64,000 bases of DNA from an uncultured archaeon (lineage in GTDB: Archaea > Thermoproteota > Nitrososphaeria > Nitrososphaerales > Gagatemarchaeaceae): the NCBI GenBank assembly GCA_963817525.1, contig CAWFOU010000001.1:512001-576000 (forward strand), written 5' to 3'. The position numbers were made by a program, and so were the translations under genes. Below the pieces are notes generated by a model. That model did no database searches and was not told the origin of the DNA. It saw nothing but the letters and a program-made list of their open reading frames with translations. Below are positions 29,374-38,619 of the stretch, in pieces; position 1 is the stretch's first letter, and the number at the start of each line of letters is the position of its first letter.

Positions 29374-31080
29374 GTGACGATGAAGAGAAGCTCAATCGTC
29401 GCCCTTGCCGTGGCATTGGCAGCGGTTGTTGCGGTCGTTGCAATCACCGCGATGCCTCCGAGCTCTAGCTCAAGTACGGCTTCGTCTGTTTCGTCCAGCC
29501 AGTCTGGTACTGCCACCCCAATCACAGGCCAGCTAGGCTCCTGGAACCGCACGAACAGCTATCCGCTTCCCGTTGTCGCCATGGGGTGCGTGACTTCAGA
29601 GGGATTCGCCTACTGCGTAGGAGGGGGCGACGAGGCCGCGCCAAGGGGTTCTGGCGGCTTGAACAACACCTACTACGCCTCCCTATCGGCTTCAGGCCTT
29701 GGTCCATGGATCAGAACCGCTGACTATCCGTCGTCGATACTGAATCCTAGCTGCACCGCAACCTCCGGGTACATTTACTGCGTGAGCGGCACTGCCGGCC
29801 AGACGAGCAGCACCAGTCTCAATCTCACCGGCGATGTCTTTTACGCTCCTCTGTCGCCGACAGGCATCGGCCGGTGGGCAAAGACAACTCCATTCCCAAA
29901 CCCGATAAGCCCGCCTCGTTGTGTCGTAGACTCGGGCTTCATCTACTGCGTCACCCAGAATTCGACCGGTCCCTCCTTGCCCGCGGGCAACACCTACTTC
30001 GCGCGCCTATCATCTGCAGGGGTCGGCAAGTGGACGGAATCCACGCAGATCCCGAGTAACCCTCTGGGCTGCGTCGCAAGCGGGGGGTACGCCTACTGTT
30101 TCGGCGGAGCCTGTCCTCCCTTTCCGACCCAGTGCACGACTCCTTCGTATTACGCCCCGCTGTCTTCTCAGGGAATAGGCCGCTGGACTCAAACCTCTAG
30201 TTTACCGACGGCGGCGCAGGACATCTACGCGGCTGGCGATTCCTACCTTTACTTCTTCGCCACCCCGAACCCTCTCGTGGCCCATCTTTCGTCGAGCGGG
30301 ATTGGGTCGTGGAACGCCACGACACCATATCCTGAAGAAAGCCCGGCAGGTTGCGTTACGAGCGGCGAATACATGTACTGTATAGGCAGTGACAGAATCG
30401 ATTTCACGCCATCACAAAACGTCTATTTCACGAGGATGGGCTTCGTTGGTGCGCCGAATAGCGGGGCGAGCGGAGTCGGTGCCTCAACGGTCGCGTCCGA
30501 CGGACTCAAGTTATCGACCTCGATAAACGCGACCGAGCTTAACGTAGGACAGAGGCTGGGTGTCTCGATTTCGTTGTACAATACACTTGCCGGAGTCAAT
30601 ACAGTCAATACATCAGCGAACTGGCCATTCAATGGAGTTGCCCTGCAACTGTGGCCGTATTGCTATGGCGTCCCTGCGCGGATAGCCATCCTCGAAGGCA
30701 ATTACAGCATGCAGGAACTTCTGGCGGTTACGAACGTCACCTTCCAATTCATGTGCTCGGGAGGTCCAGCGTACATCGATTCCGCCGTCTTTCAGCCGAT
30801 GAGCGATCAGGTCAACCTCACAGGGACCTATTGTGCGCCGCCCGGCCCGCCTGCCGGCTGCGCGAACGGGACCGACGGCCCGTATTTTCTATCTCTCAAT
30901 TTCACGACTAGCGGCTACTACGACCTTGGAAACCTCTCCCAACAGGCCTTCGAGCCGGTCATTAGTCAACCAAGCGGGCCACCTGTCCCTACCATCTCCT
31001 TCACTCCAGGAATCTACACAGTCGCGGTGGCGGACGAGTGGGGGCAGGCTGTCGTGCTTCACTTCACCGTGACCAGCTGA
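29374..31080 (+). CDS. Secreted/anchored protein with six Cys-containing Kelch-like blades plus a C-terminal domain
   Basis: N-terminal hydrophobic helix; repeated W..T..YP......C....G(Y/F).YC...YYA.LS..G.G.W. Confidence 0.8.
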   Translation: MTMKRSSIVALAVALAAVVAVVAITAMPPSSSSSTASSVSSSQSGTATPITGQLGSWNRTNSYPLPVVAMGCVTSEGFAYCVGGGDEAAPRGSGGLNNTYYASLSASGLGPWIRTADYPSSILNPSCTATSGYIYCVSGTAGQTSSTSLNLTGDVFYAPLSPTGIGRWAKTTPFPNPISPPRCVVDSGFIYCVTQNSTGPSLPAGNTYFARLSSAGVGKWTESTQIPSNPLGCVASGGYAYCFGGACPPFPTQCTTPSYYAPLSSQGIGRWTQTSSLPTAAQDIYAAGDSYLYFFATPNPLVAHLSSSGIGSWNATTPYPEESPAGCVTSGEYMYCIGSDRIDFTPSQNVYFTRMGFVGAPNSGASGVGASTVASDGLKLSTSINATELNVGQRLGVSISLYNTLAGVNTVNTSANWPFNGVALQLWPYCYGVPARIAILEGNYSMQELLAVTNVTFQFMCSGGPAYIDSAVFQPMSDQVNLTGTYCAPPGPPAGCANGTDGPYFLSLNFTTSGYYDLGNLSQQAFEPVISQPSGPPVPTISFTPGIYTVAVADEWGQAVVLHFTVTS

Positions 31081-31087
31081 TCAAATC

Positions 31088-31123
31088 CCCCGGCGGAGGC
31101 GCATTGAACCCCTATGCATGGCG
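31088..31123 (+). repeat. Inter-gene repeat copy 2
   Basis: CCCCGGCGGAGGCGCATTGAACCCCTATGCATGGCG. Confidence 0.85.
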
Positions 31124-31157
31124 GCTTTGCACACCACTAGTGAACCCGTGCAGCTCT

Positions 31158-32105
31158 CTACCCTGCCACAACGGTGGTAGAGACGGTAGTCTCGCCCAGG
31201 GATCCCCATGCGGCCGCCACGAACGTCAGGACGTAGGCATCGCCTCTCACCACCGAGAGCCTCCCCGGCCCGTCAATCGCCAACTCATAGGAGACGCTGA
31301 ACCGGTCTGGCGCGCCGGGAGAGAGCGTGTCGTGTCCGACTCCCGCTGTCCCGATATATGTCCCGTTGACCAAAAAGTCGACCTCCTCGATTTGGCTGGT
31401 CGAGTTGAACGACAATGCCGCGGACAGCGTTGGTACGCTCCCGGACAGCAGCGAGGCGCCTCGTAGCGACACTATGGGGGCGGGGGCTGTCGCCGTAGTG
31501 GTGAACCCTCCTCCTTGAGGCTCGCGCAAGGACGTGGTCGAGCCGTCAGCAGCTATGACCGTGCACGTCAGGCCGCCCTGGGGCATGTAGTACACGCCGG
31601 AGCCCCCAGTGAAGATGGCTGTGGTGTTGGCCTCCTGCCCCGGTTGTACCGGGTTACTCGGCGATACGTCCAGCTGAATCGTCGTCGCGCTCGCATCCGT
31701 GATGAGGCCCTCGTCGGTGGCGTTGGCGGCGACGAAGCCGACCGCCTCGACGCAGACGGCGGCAATCTGCACCGGGGAGCCGCCGGTGTTGTTCCAGCCC
31801 ACGCTCAGCACCGAGGGGCCTGTGCCCACCGCACCCGTCCCCACCAGGCTGGCGGCCGCATCGCCGGTGAGCGGGATGGCCGAGGAGTTGGAGCAGAAGC
31901 GCGAGACGAACGTGCCGTTCACGGCGTACGCCACGGGCACAGATTGGACTGCGCTGGTCACGCTCTGGCCAGCGGTACTGGACGATTCCACGCTGGCGCT
32001 TTCGGTCAAGCTCGAGACTTGTCCGCCTCGCGGGGCGGCAATCGCCACAACGCCAATCGCCACTACAAGGATCACGACTACCGCGACGGCGAGTCTGGGG
32101 CGCAC
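31158..32105 (-). CDS. Secreted/anchored beta-rich protein
   Basis: N-terminal hydrophobic helix, Ser/Thr linker, several N-x-S/T sequons. Confidence 0.7.
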   Translation of the reverse strand: MRPRLAVAVVVILVVAIGVVAIAAPRGGQVSSLTESASVESSSTAGQSVTSAVQSVPVAYAVNGTFVSRFCSNSSAIPLTGDAAASLVGTGAVGTGPSVLSVGWNNTGGSPVQIAAVCVEAVGFVAANATDEGLITDASATTIQLDVSPSNPVQPGQEANTTAIFTGGSGVYYMPQGGLTCTVIAADGSTTSLREPQGGGFTTTATAPAPIVSLRGASLLSGSVPTLSAALSFNSTSQIEEVDFLVNGTYIGTAGVGHDTLSPGAPDRFSVSYELAIDGPGRLSVVRGDAYVLTFVAAAWGSLGETTVSTTVVAG

Positions 32106-32157
32106 AACTTTCCGAAATGGTGCGCAACGCGATTTATAGTTTTGTCCGACAGCCACG

Positions 32158-32194
32158 CCCCGGCGGAGGCGCAATGAACCATTATGCGCGGCGA
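32158..32194 (+). repeat. Inter-gene repeat copy 3
   Basis: CCCCGGCGGAGGCGCAATGAACCATTATGCGCGGCGA. Confidence 0.85.
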
Positions 32195-32279
32195 AGCCTT
32201 CTACCTCATTTTAGACAAGAGCTAGCGGAGGCTGGAGCGTTCGGACAAAGCCATTAATCATACAGGTTCACACTAGACC

Positions 32280-32555
32280 ATGATGAAGAGACGGTCAAAG
32301 GCGGCAATACTCCTTGTCGCCGCAATTGCTTTCGCCTTGGGCGCGCTGATTCCCGTGCTTCCGGGTCCGGGTTCCGCCTGCGGCGGGCCGCCTGGACCGG
32401 GCGGGCCCGGGTGCATCCCCGACCAAAAGCTCTCCGTGACCGCAGCCTATCTCGGCTTTGGCTCAGGCAGCTCCTACAACGGGACCTTCTACGGCCTCTG
32501 CGCGCCGCCCAACTTCGAAGGGCTGACCCACCTTTCCCCATGCGGGGCGCAATGA
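32280..32555 (+). CDS. Small secreted Gly/Pro/Cys-rich protein
   Basis: Signal-like N-terminus and 4 Cys; stop codon lies inside repeat copy 4. Confidence 0.55.
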   Translation: MMKRRSKAAILLVAAIAFALGALIPVLPGPGSACGGPPGPGGPGCIPDQKLSVTAAYLGFGSGSSYNGTFYGLCAPPNFEGLTHLSPCGAQ

Positions 32556-32572
32556 ACCTCTATGCGCGGCGA
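32536..32572 (+). repeat. Inter-gene repeat copy 4
   Basis: CCCCATGCGGGGCGCAATGAACCTCTATGCGCGGCGA. Confidence 0.85.
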
Positions 32573-32623
32573 CAAGCCCTTCCCGATAATCCAGAACGCG
32601 GCGGATGGGCAAATCAGAATCGG

Positions 32624-32911
32624 ATGATGACCATGGAAGAATTGCGTAGCGCTCAGAGCGCGGGCTTGTTCTTTGCCTTTGGACTCCTTGGTCTGGAAAT
32701 TTTCACATTCAAATTACTTGGTGCGTTGGGAATTCTCGACATAGCCCCTTACCTGATCTATTGGGACGGATTGGGGGCCTTACTCCTCTTCATCGCCTTG
32801 GTTGTTGTAAACGGCTTCATAGCCTATCAAATAGTGAAGAAGCTTGGCTTCAGATTCGATGTCCCGAGGGTCGACACCCCTAAGAACTCAGAGCGTGGCC
32901 CATGGACTTGA
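32624..32911 (+). CDS. Small membrane protein
   Basis: Two hydrophobic helices; AT-richer by eye. Confidence 0.5.
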   Translation: MMTMEELRSAQSAGLFFAFGLLGLEIFTFKLLGALGILDIAPYLIYWDGLGALLLFIALVVVNGFIAYQIVKKLGFRFDVPRVDTPKNSERGPWT

Positions 32912-32938
32912 CAGAACCCTTTCTTGGGTTCTGGTAAC

Positions 32939-33127
32939 TCAACTGGTGCTCGACATCTCGCTGCTAACCCTCTGGTGCTCTTTCCTACGACGAGAAATGC
33001 GTCCCAACGTGTAAATCGAAACGTCTGTGACGATTGAGGCAGAGAATAGTAATGGATTGAATGTGTTAGAGGAGCTCATTGTTACTACCGCCAAGACCCA
33101 CAACAAAGCCCCCCATAGCAAGACCAA
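32939..33127 (-). CDS. Small 2-TM protein (start uncertain)
   Basis: Two hydrophobic segments followed by a basic tail. Confidence 0.35.
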   Translation of the reverse strand: MVLLWGALLWVLAVVTMSSSNTFNPLLFSASIVTDVSIYTLGRISRRRKEHQRVSSEMSSTS

Positions 33128-33299
33128 GAACCGCCAGCTTGAAGCTTCTTGTGTAGCGGTCAGACATCACTAGACTTCTCCCTTGAAGTTGAGTGTGCCG
33201 CGTTCTGAATCAGCGTCATCCATTTGTTCTGACCCTCGATTCCTCGATTCCTCGATTCCTCCCCAGATAGAGTCATCGTTCTTGAAGGGCAGTCGGCCC

Positions 33300-33797
33300 C
33301 TAAAACGCCGTGAGGATATGGAGTATCTTGCCTATTTCTCCGAAGAAGGACCGCCCCAAAAGAAATGGGGGGGTCGGGGAGTAGGCCTTATGATTTGCAA
33401 GCGACAACAAGACTGGACATCCCACCGCGGCAAATCGCCTCGTCAGCGACTCTTTCCGCACCCAATTCTTCAACTCTTCTGTAAAGTCGTCCGATACCAT
33501 CACTCCGAGAGCCAAGAATCCCATAGGACCCGGGCCCTTGTCCAACGCGTAGCTCAAGCTCTTCTCGCCATAATCCTTCGCGGTCGGGATATCAACCCCT
33601 TCAATCGAAGTGGCCAAAACGTACCGCGTCAATACGCCCCCAAGCTTCAAGACAAGACCCGTCTTTCTTCCCACGACCCTTATGTCGTATCTTATGCCGT
33701 ACTTACTGAGAACAACGCCCCGCTCCGTACTGTATCCCTTATCGCCTAAACGCGTAGCGAGTCCGTCGAAGAATTCCCCCAAGGCGCTATCGTCCAA
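33300..33797 (-). CDS. Hypothetical protein (possible degenerate restriction-endonuclease-like fold)
   Basis: LGDKGYSTERGV...YDIRVVGRK pattern. Confidence 0.5.
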   Translation of the reverse strand: MDDSALGEFFDGLATRLGDKGYSTERGVVLSKYGIRYDIRVVGRKTGLVLKLGGVLTRYVLATSIEGVDIPTAKDYGEKSLSYALDKGPGPMGFLALGVMVSDDFTEELKNWVRKESLTRRFAAVGCPVLLSLANHKAYSPTPPFLLGRSFFGEIGKILHILTAF

Positions 33798-33977
33798 GCT
33801 CTGGATCCCACGTTCGTAATTGGTCTTCTGAACCGTCCGTCATGAATGCGCTCTTTTCCCTGAAAGGGTTCTTCGTGCCTCCGGGCATGGTCTACGTCAA
33901 GAAAAGTGTTCTCAATCCAGTCGGCCGGCGACGTAGCTCGGGTGAATCGACGGCGTCGAGGCGCCTAGAGCACTGCA

Positions 33978-34709
33978 CTATCCGTCCACGTCGTTCTGCC
34001 CGAGTGGGGATATCCTCTGGTAGAACGGGTCGCCCTCGTCAGTATCGGCCTTTCTGATCAGGCCCATCCCCACAAGCTTGTCGCAGCCGGCGACGACGTC
34101 GTCAGGGTCGAGGTCCAAATGGTACCTCTCTTCGACCTCTTCCTCTATGGTCAGCGCCCCCTTCTCTTGCATGTCCCCCAAAGCGCGATATATCCGCCCC
34201 TCCAGCGTCCCTTCTGAGGGGGCGCCGGGGAACTCGATGAGCTTGACCTGGCCGGCCTTGAGCTCTCTTATCATCTGCGCCCAGTCGTTGAGGTTCTTCT
34301 TTCTCGACGCTCCCGTGATCTGCTCGACGAACTCTGTCGAACAAGTCTCGCCGGATTGGATGGTGTACTGGAGCTCTAGCTTGGGAGCTATCGCGTCCTT
34401 TCCTCCATGGCCTTCGACTCGCACTATCTGCGAAAGCGGGATCTCGAGGCCTTCGGAGTCATTGCCAATGGAGTCTAAACCCTCGATATCGTCGATGAAG
34501 AGGGACTTGTAGGTGAAAATCCCCACTGGGAGGTCGACCTCCTCTTCGGCCGCCTTGTGGGCGTAGATGAGCCGTTGGTTGGTCAAGACGAGAGTCCCCT
34601 CGGTCTCGCCAAAGCCGAAGGCGCCTTCGACCTCTTTCTTGAAGCCGGTCCCCCGATGGATGACGGCCTGCTCTTCTGCGAGCATCACTTCGGACTGGCC
34701 CTCTGACAA
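33978..34709 (-). CDS. PH-like domain protein with C-terminal winged-helix-like region
   Basis: GTLVLTNQRLIY...EIPLSQIVRVE; C-terminal DDVVAGCDKLVGMGLI. Confidence 0.6.
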   Translation of the reverse strand: MSEGQSEVMLAEEQAVIHRGTGFKKEVEGAFGFGETEGTLVLTNQRLIYAHKAAEEEVDLPVGIFTYKSLFIDDIEGLDSIGNDSEGLEIPLSQIVRVEGHGGKDAIAPKLELQYTIQSGETCSTEFVEQITGASRKKNLNDWAQMIRELKAGQVKLIEFPGAPSEGTLEGRIYRALGDMQEKGALTIEEEVEERYHLDLDPDDVVAGCDKLVGMGLIRKADTDEGDPFYQRISPLGQNDVDG

Positions 34710-34916
34710 ACGTAGACAAACGTGTGACTCGTAGAGTCTATTAAAAGAGATGAGGCCGTGTCGACGTTCGTAGCGCGCCGTTAAGCCGAGTTGCACCACA
34801 ATAAGGTCCTAGAGGCCTATCACCCTAAGACCCACCAGAGCCATTCGGTTTCTGATTCTACGTATGGAAAAGCCCGTAAATACTGATTTTTCTATACACA
34901 CTGGTATGGTCGAATC

Positions 34917-35333
34917 TTATCCCAGCCATGAAACCGTGTTGAGTCGATTCGGGCTATTCACCTTCGACTCGATGGGCACGAGCTCGGGAGAGATCATCCC
35001 CTGCAGTTCGATGTACTTCGCCACGAAGCCCGTCCCCTTGGGCGTGGCGAGGAACACTATGTTGCCCTCGTCGTGGACGGAGTCCAATAGGCCCGTCTCC
35101 GTGAGCTTCTCTATCATCCTCGTCGCGACTATGCTGTTCACGTTCGCGAAGAGCATGATGTGGCTCTTGCTGGAGTGCGACCTGCAGCAGTTCAGGACGT
35201 CTGCCATCACGTCTATCCTCCCCCTGTTCTTCGCATGGGACGGCTTTGTCGGCCTTTGCTCCGCGGCTTCCGTTGTTGCGAGGCCGTGCTGCGCCTGTGG
35301 CTGTGCTCCCCGTGCCTGCTCGAATGACTGCAT
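34917..35333 (-). CDS. Archaeal winged-helix transcription regulator (HTH_45-like)
   Basis: RGRIDVMADVL...KSHIMLFANVN...LTETGLL...ATPKG. Confidence 0.8.
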   Translation of the reverse strand: MQSFEQARGAQPQAQHGLATTEAAEQRPTKPSHAKNRGRIDVMADVLNCCRSHSSKSHIMLFANVNSIVATRMIEKLTETGLLDSVHDEGNIVFLATPKGTGFVAKYIELQGMISPELVPIESKVNSPNRLNTVSWLG

Positions 35334-35791
35334 TGCAGTGCAGGAGAAGAAGAGGACGCGATTAGAACGGGTGTCGTGCAACGGAGGGGCGAGCGACCCG
35401 GAGGCCTGTCTGTAACATCGGGCGTTGCACCGAACCCCTCGGAACGACGGCGGGGGACCAGCTGGGCGAATACGGCTCCAACATCGCATCTCCCAGGCGC
35501 AGGCGGGCGTATTCATGACGTCTGCGTTCTCATGGCAAGGAATGACGCCATCGCACTTGGCCTCAGCGCCGAAGTGTCGCGGACATCGTCACCCGGACCC
35601 GTCGCCTATTCGCGCGACATGACTCTGTGGAAGAATTGCCAGATCGCTGCGCAGGATTCAGCCTAGGTCGATTCGGCCATCGACCCCTTCGTCGATGATG
35701 CTCTTGATGTTGACGTTCCTCTCGACCTTGCAGGCGCTCGTCGCGACGAAGCGGTCAATGTAGCTGCCGCTCGGAGGCGTGGCTTTGTCCG

Positions 35792-36103
35792 TCAATCTCT
35801 TCTGGCGACCGCCCTCTCAATCTCTGCTTCCGCGTCAGCCATCGAGTACTTTAGCGCCACCTTCCTCTGTCTGAGCTCGTCGAGGAATCTCCAGAGCGAC
35901 ACCCCCGCTAGGGCGGACGATTGCTCCAAGGATGACCTCTCCTTGATGTATCGGTCCACCGCGATGTCCATCTTGGCGTCGGCCACGCCCCTGTCGACCA
36001 GCTTTCTCAGGAGGCTCGACTGGTCATCCCCAGTCAGTTCCTGCAAATCCCTGAGAGACTTCTTGAGGTGCTTTGGTATCACGAAGGATATTCGTTCGCT
36101 CAA
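35792..36103 (-). CDS. UPF0175-like antitoxin
   Basis: RHH-like N-terminus, SLEQSSALAGVSLWRFLDELRQR; overlaps the PIN gene. Confidence 0.75.
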   Translation of the reverse strand: MSERISFVIPKHLKKSLRDLQELTGDDQSSLLRKLVDRGVADAKMDIAVDRYIKERSSLEQSSALAGVSLWRFLDELRQRKVALKYSMADAEAEIERAVARRD

Positions 36104-36603
36104 AGAGCTTCCCCCCTTTCGATGAACTCCTGGATTATGTCGCCGCTTATCCAGCCCTGAGAGGCGTAGTTCTTCACGTTGCTCTTGTAGTCGACCTTCG
36201 TGAGGGCTCGAACCGCGAGCAGCTCGAGCATAAGGCCCAGCGTGGTCGTCGTCTCCACTCCGTAGAATTCCGCCGCTCTCCTCCCCTTGAGGTCGTCGAT
36301 GAAGAGCCTCTCCTTCCGCTCGAGAGCCAGCGCGATTGCCTCGGCCTCTCCGGCACCCACGGCATCAGAAAGCCCCTTCGCTACGGCCGCCGAGCGTGGC
36401 GAGAGCTCGCACGTCTTCAGCCAGCCTTCCTTTTCTAGCTGCTCGAGCATGAGCGCATCACCATATCCCTCGGATTTGCCCCTCGCTATCGTCTCAACCC
36501 TGACCGCGGGGGGTATCGCGACCGACGAAAAGGCCCGCCTCGCGTAGGCCAACTTCCCCAGCCTTGACAGGTGAATCAGCGGGCTGGAGTTGCTGACAGG
36601 CAT
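36100..36603 (-). CDS. PIN-domain (DUF3368-like) toxin
   Basis: VSNSSPLIHL, GAGEAEAIALA, IDDLKGRR; palindrome TACGAT-N7-ATCGTA upstream (36637-36655). Confidence 0.85.
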   Translation of the reverse strand: MPVSNSSPLIHLSRLGKLAYARRAFSSVAIPPAVRVETIARGKSEGYGDALMLEQLEKEGWLKTCELSPRSAAVAKGLSDAVGAGEAEAIALALERKERLFIDDLKGRRAAEFYGVETTTTLGLMLELLAVRALTKVDYKSNVKNYASQGWISGDIIQEFIERGEAL

Positions 36604-36725
36604 GGTCGCCTGAGGCGGCACGGGGCTCTTAAGTATTACGATGTATGTAATCGTATCACTGCGAGGCCAATCCGGGCCGGCGCATGGAACTGGCTGGACA
36701 TCCAGCTTGCTCCTTGCGTGCGGGT

Positions 36726-37502
36726 CTAGCCTATTCTGGCGGTGGTCTCTACGACCAGGCCGTCGGACTGGACCACGTGCCTGAAGCTCTTGGACTTGGG
36801 CAAGACTCTACGGAGCTTCTGTATGTCGACTTCGCCCTCCGTCTGCTGGAAGCCTTCGATGAACTTGAAGCTCAAGACCCCGTCGACCAGGTTCTTCAGG
36901 AATGTCACCTGTCTCTCGTCGTGCGCTCCCTGAAGCATGAGCACAAAGTGGACGCCCCCGTACTTGTGGACTGCGTTCACCCAGAACAGCATCAAGTCGT
37001 TTATCTCCTGGGAAGTGTACTGGTTCATGAGGTATGAGATGTTGAGTATGCTCCAGCGCTCCTCCTTGAGCCTGGTGAGGAAGTCCCTCGTGAGGCTCCC
37101 CAGGCCGCCTGAGGACAGGTTGAGGATCTGCTCCGTGGGGACGCGGGGCATAAGGCCCACGAGACCCTGGAGCGACGGGGACAGCGGCCTCACGAAGACG
37201 AGGCTTCCGTCGTCCACGTGGCTGCGGTAGTCCCACCCGTAGAGCTCGGCGTCCTGCTCGATCTCCGTGCTGGAGATCTCCGAGGTGTAGTAGACCGCCT
37301 TGCCCTTCCTCTCGAGGTGGCTGAAAATGGCCTGCTGGGCGAAGGTCGGATAGTACGTGCCCGGCAGCCCTGTTAGGAGGTACACGCTGTCCTCCGGGAC
37401 GCCTCCCCCCGTGACGAACTCCAGTCCGGGGATGCCGAGGTTGCTGAGCTTTACCTGATTTTCCGCCGAGACAGCGTCAGATCGCTGGCCTGTATAGGCC
37501 AA
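36726..37502 (-). CDS. KaiC/RAD55-like protein with degenerate Walker A/B
   Basis: GIPGLE, GLPGTYYPT (no Lys), GAHDERQV...LVDGVL, KLRR. Confidence 0.85.
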   Translation of the reverse strand: MAYTGQRSDAVSAENQVKLSNLGIPGLEFVTGGGVPEDSVYLLTGLPGTYYPTFAQQAIFSHLERKGKAVYYTSEISSTEIEQDAELYGWDYRSHVDDGSLVFVRPLSPSLQGLVGLMPRVPTEQILNLSSGGLGSLTRDFLTRLKEERWSILNISYLMNQYTSQEINDLMLFWVNAVHKYGGVHFVLMLQGAHDERQVTFLKNLVDGVLSFKFIEGFQQTEGEVDIQKLRRVLPKSKSFRHVVQSDGLVVETTARIG

Positions 37503-37641
37503 AAAGGATTACAGAGTAATGTTCTAGTTGACTTCTACTTAAGCTAAGCTATAATTATTGCACTATCGCACCTTAAGAACGTGGAAAAATAGCAAGAACG
37601 AGCAGCCAGAGTCGACCAAGACCGACCGGAGCGCGTTGTCT

Positions 37642-38403
37642 TTACTTTACTTCGTGATAGAGCTCGACAGCCCTGTCGAGCGCCGCCATGTCCCCGTCCA
37701 CTCCTGCCTGGGCGATCTCTCCTCCTAGCAGCCCCTTTACCGTGTTCCTGAGGTCCCTGTCCGGGAGCTCCTCGAACCCCAGGTACTGCCTGGCGGCTTC
37801 GAACCGCCCGTCGTTCCAGACGTGGATGGCCTCCTTCGTCATCTGTTTGACGCGCTGCGGGTTATAGTCGTCCAGCATCAAGAGCAGCCTCGGGAGGAAC
37901 CGCTCGTTCTCGTACTGGGGGTCTTCGTACATCTTGCGGATCCTTTCGCTGAATATCGGCCTTGCCATCTCGAGGGCGCTGTTTCCGCCCTTTGTGAGGA
38001 CGAGCACGAGGACTCCCAGGCTCGCCCGGGCGTACGCGGGGTCGCTCAGGCCCTTTGCGATCTCCTGCAGGAGCATGTAGACGCGTATCCTCATGTCCCC
38101 GGTCCAGGCCCTGATGTCCGGGGAAAGCTCGTAGATCAGCGGTTTCATCTTCTCGAGGGTCTCGAGCCTCGACCTCGAGCCTTGGCGCGACAACATCTCG
38201 GCGAATGCCCGGTCGTACCTTTTCATGAGCCGCTCCTTCTCGAGGGACTTTGGCTTGGGGACGGGTACCTTGTCGCGCCTCTTCGCGAGGACGCCTGGAA
38301 GCACGCCCACCTCTCCTATAGGCTTCTGCTTGTGCCCCGAAATGAATGCAACTGACGTCTTGACTGCTTCGCTTGCCGAGTTTAGCAGCTTCAAACTGAA
38401 CAA
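37642..38403 (-). CDS. Hypothetical alpha-helical protein
   Basis: Long ORF with host-like codon bias. Confidence 0.65.
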   Translation of the reverse strand: MFSLKLLNSASEAVKTSVAFISGHKQKPIGEVGVLPGVLAKRRDKVPVPKPKSLEKERLMKRYDRAFAEMLSRQGSRSRLETLEKMKPLIYELSPDIRAWTGDMRIRVYMLLQEIAKGLSDPAYARASLGVLVLVLTKGGNSALEMARPIFSERIRKMYEDPQYENERFLPRLLLMLDDYNPQRVKQMTKEAIHVWNDGRFEAARQYLGFEELPDRDLRNTVKGLLGGEIAQAGVDGDMAALDRAVELYHEVK

Positions 38404-38619
38404 ACGATATAGATTCCAGACTCAGATTTAAGGGACGTGAAATTCTACTCTATCCAGAATTGCCATTTGGCAGGTCCAAGCGCCTAATTTTGTTGAGCGT
38501 TATCCTGATTATTCAACAGGAATCGCAATCTTTGAAAGAATTGCAGGGAATCCGGAGTCCCCAGACGTAAAGTTGCGATTCGGGGTTCGTCTGAGGCGGC
38601 GGAAGAAGGGAAAAGCGCC

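Noticed and set aside
29270-32572. Inter-gene repeats as a CRISPR array or integron attC sites
   Set aside because: Spacers are 0.35-1.8 kb and gene-sized; no cas or intI gene; no attC end consensus
33950-33978. Fifth copy of the inter-gene repeat (GAGGCGC...TGCAC)
   Set aside because: Spacing is shorter and the AACC core is missing
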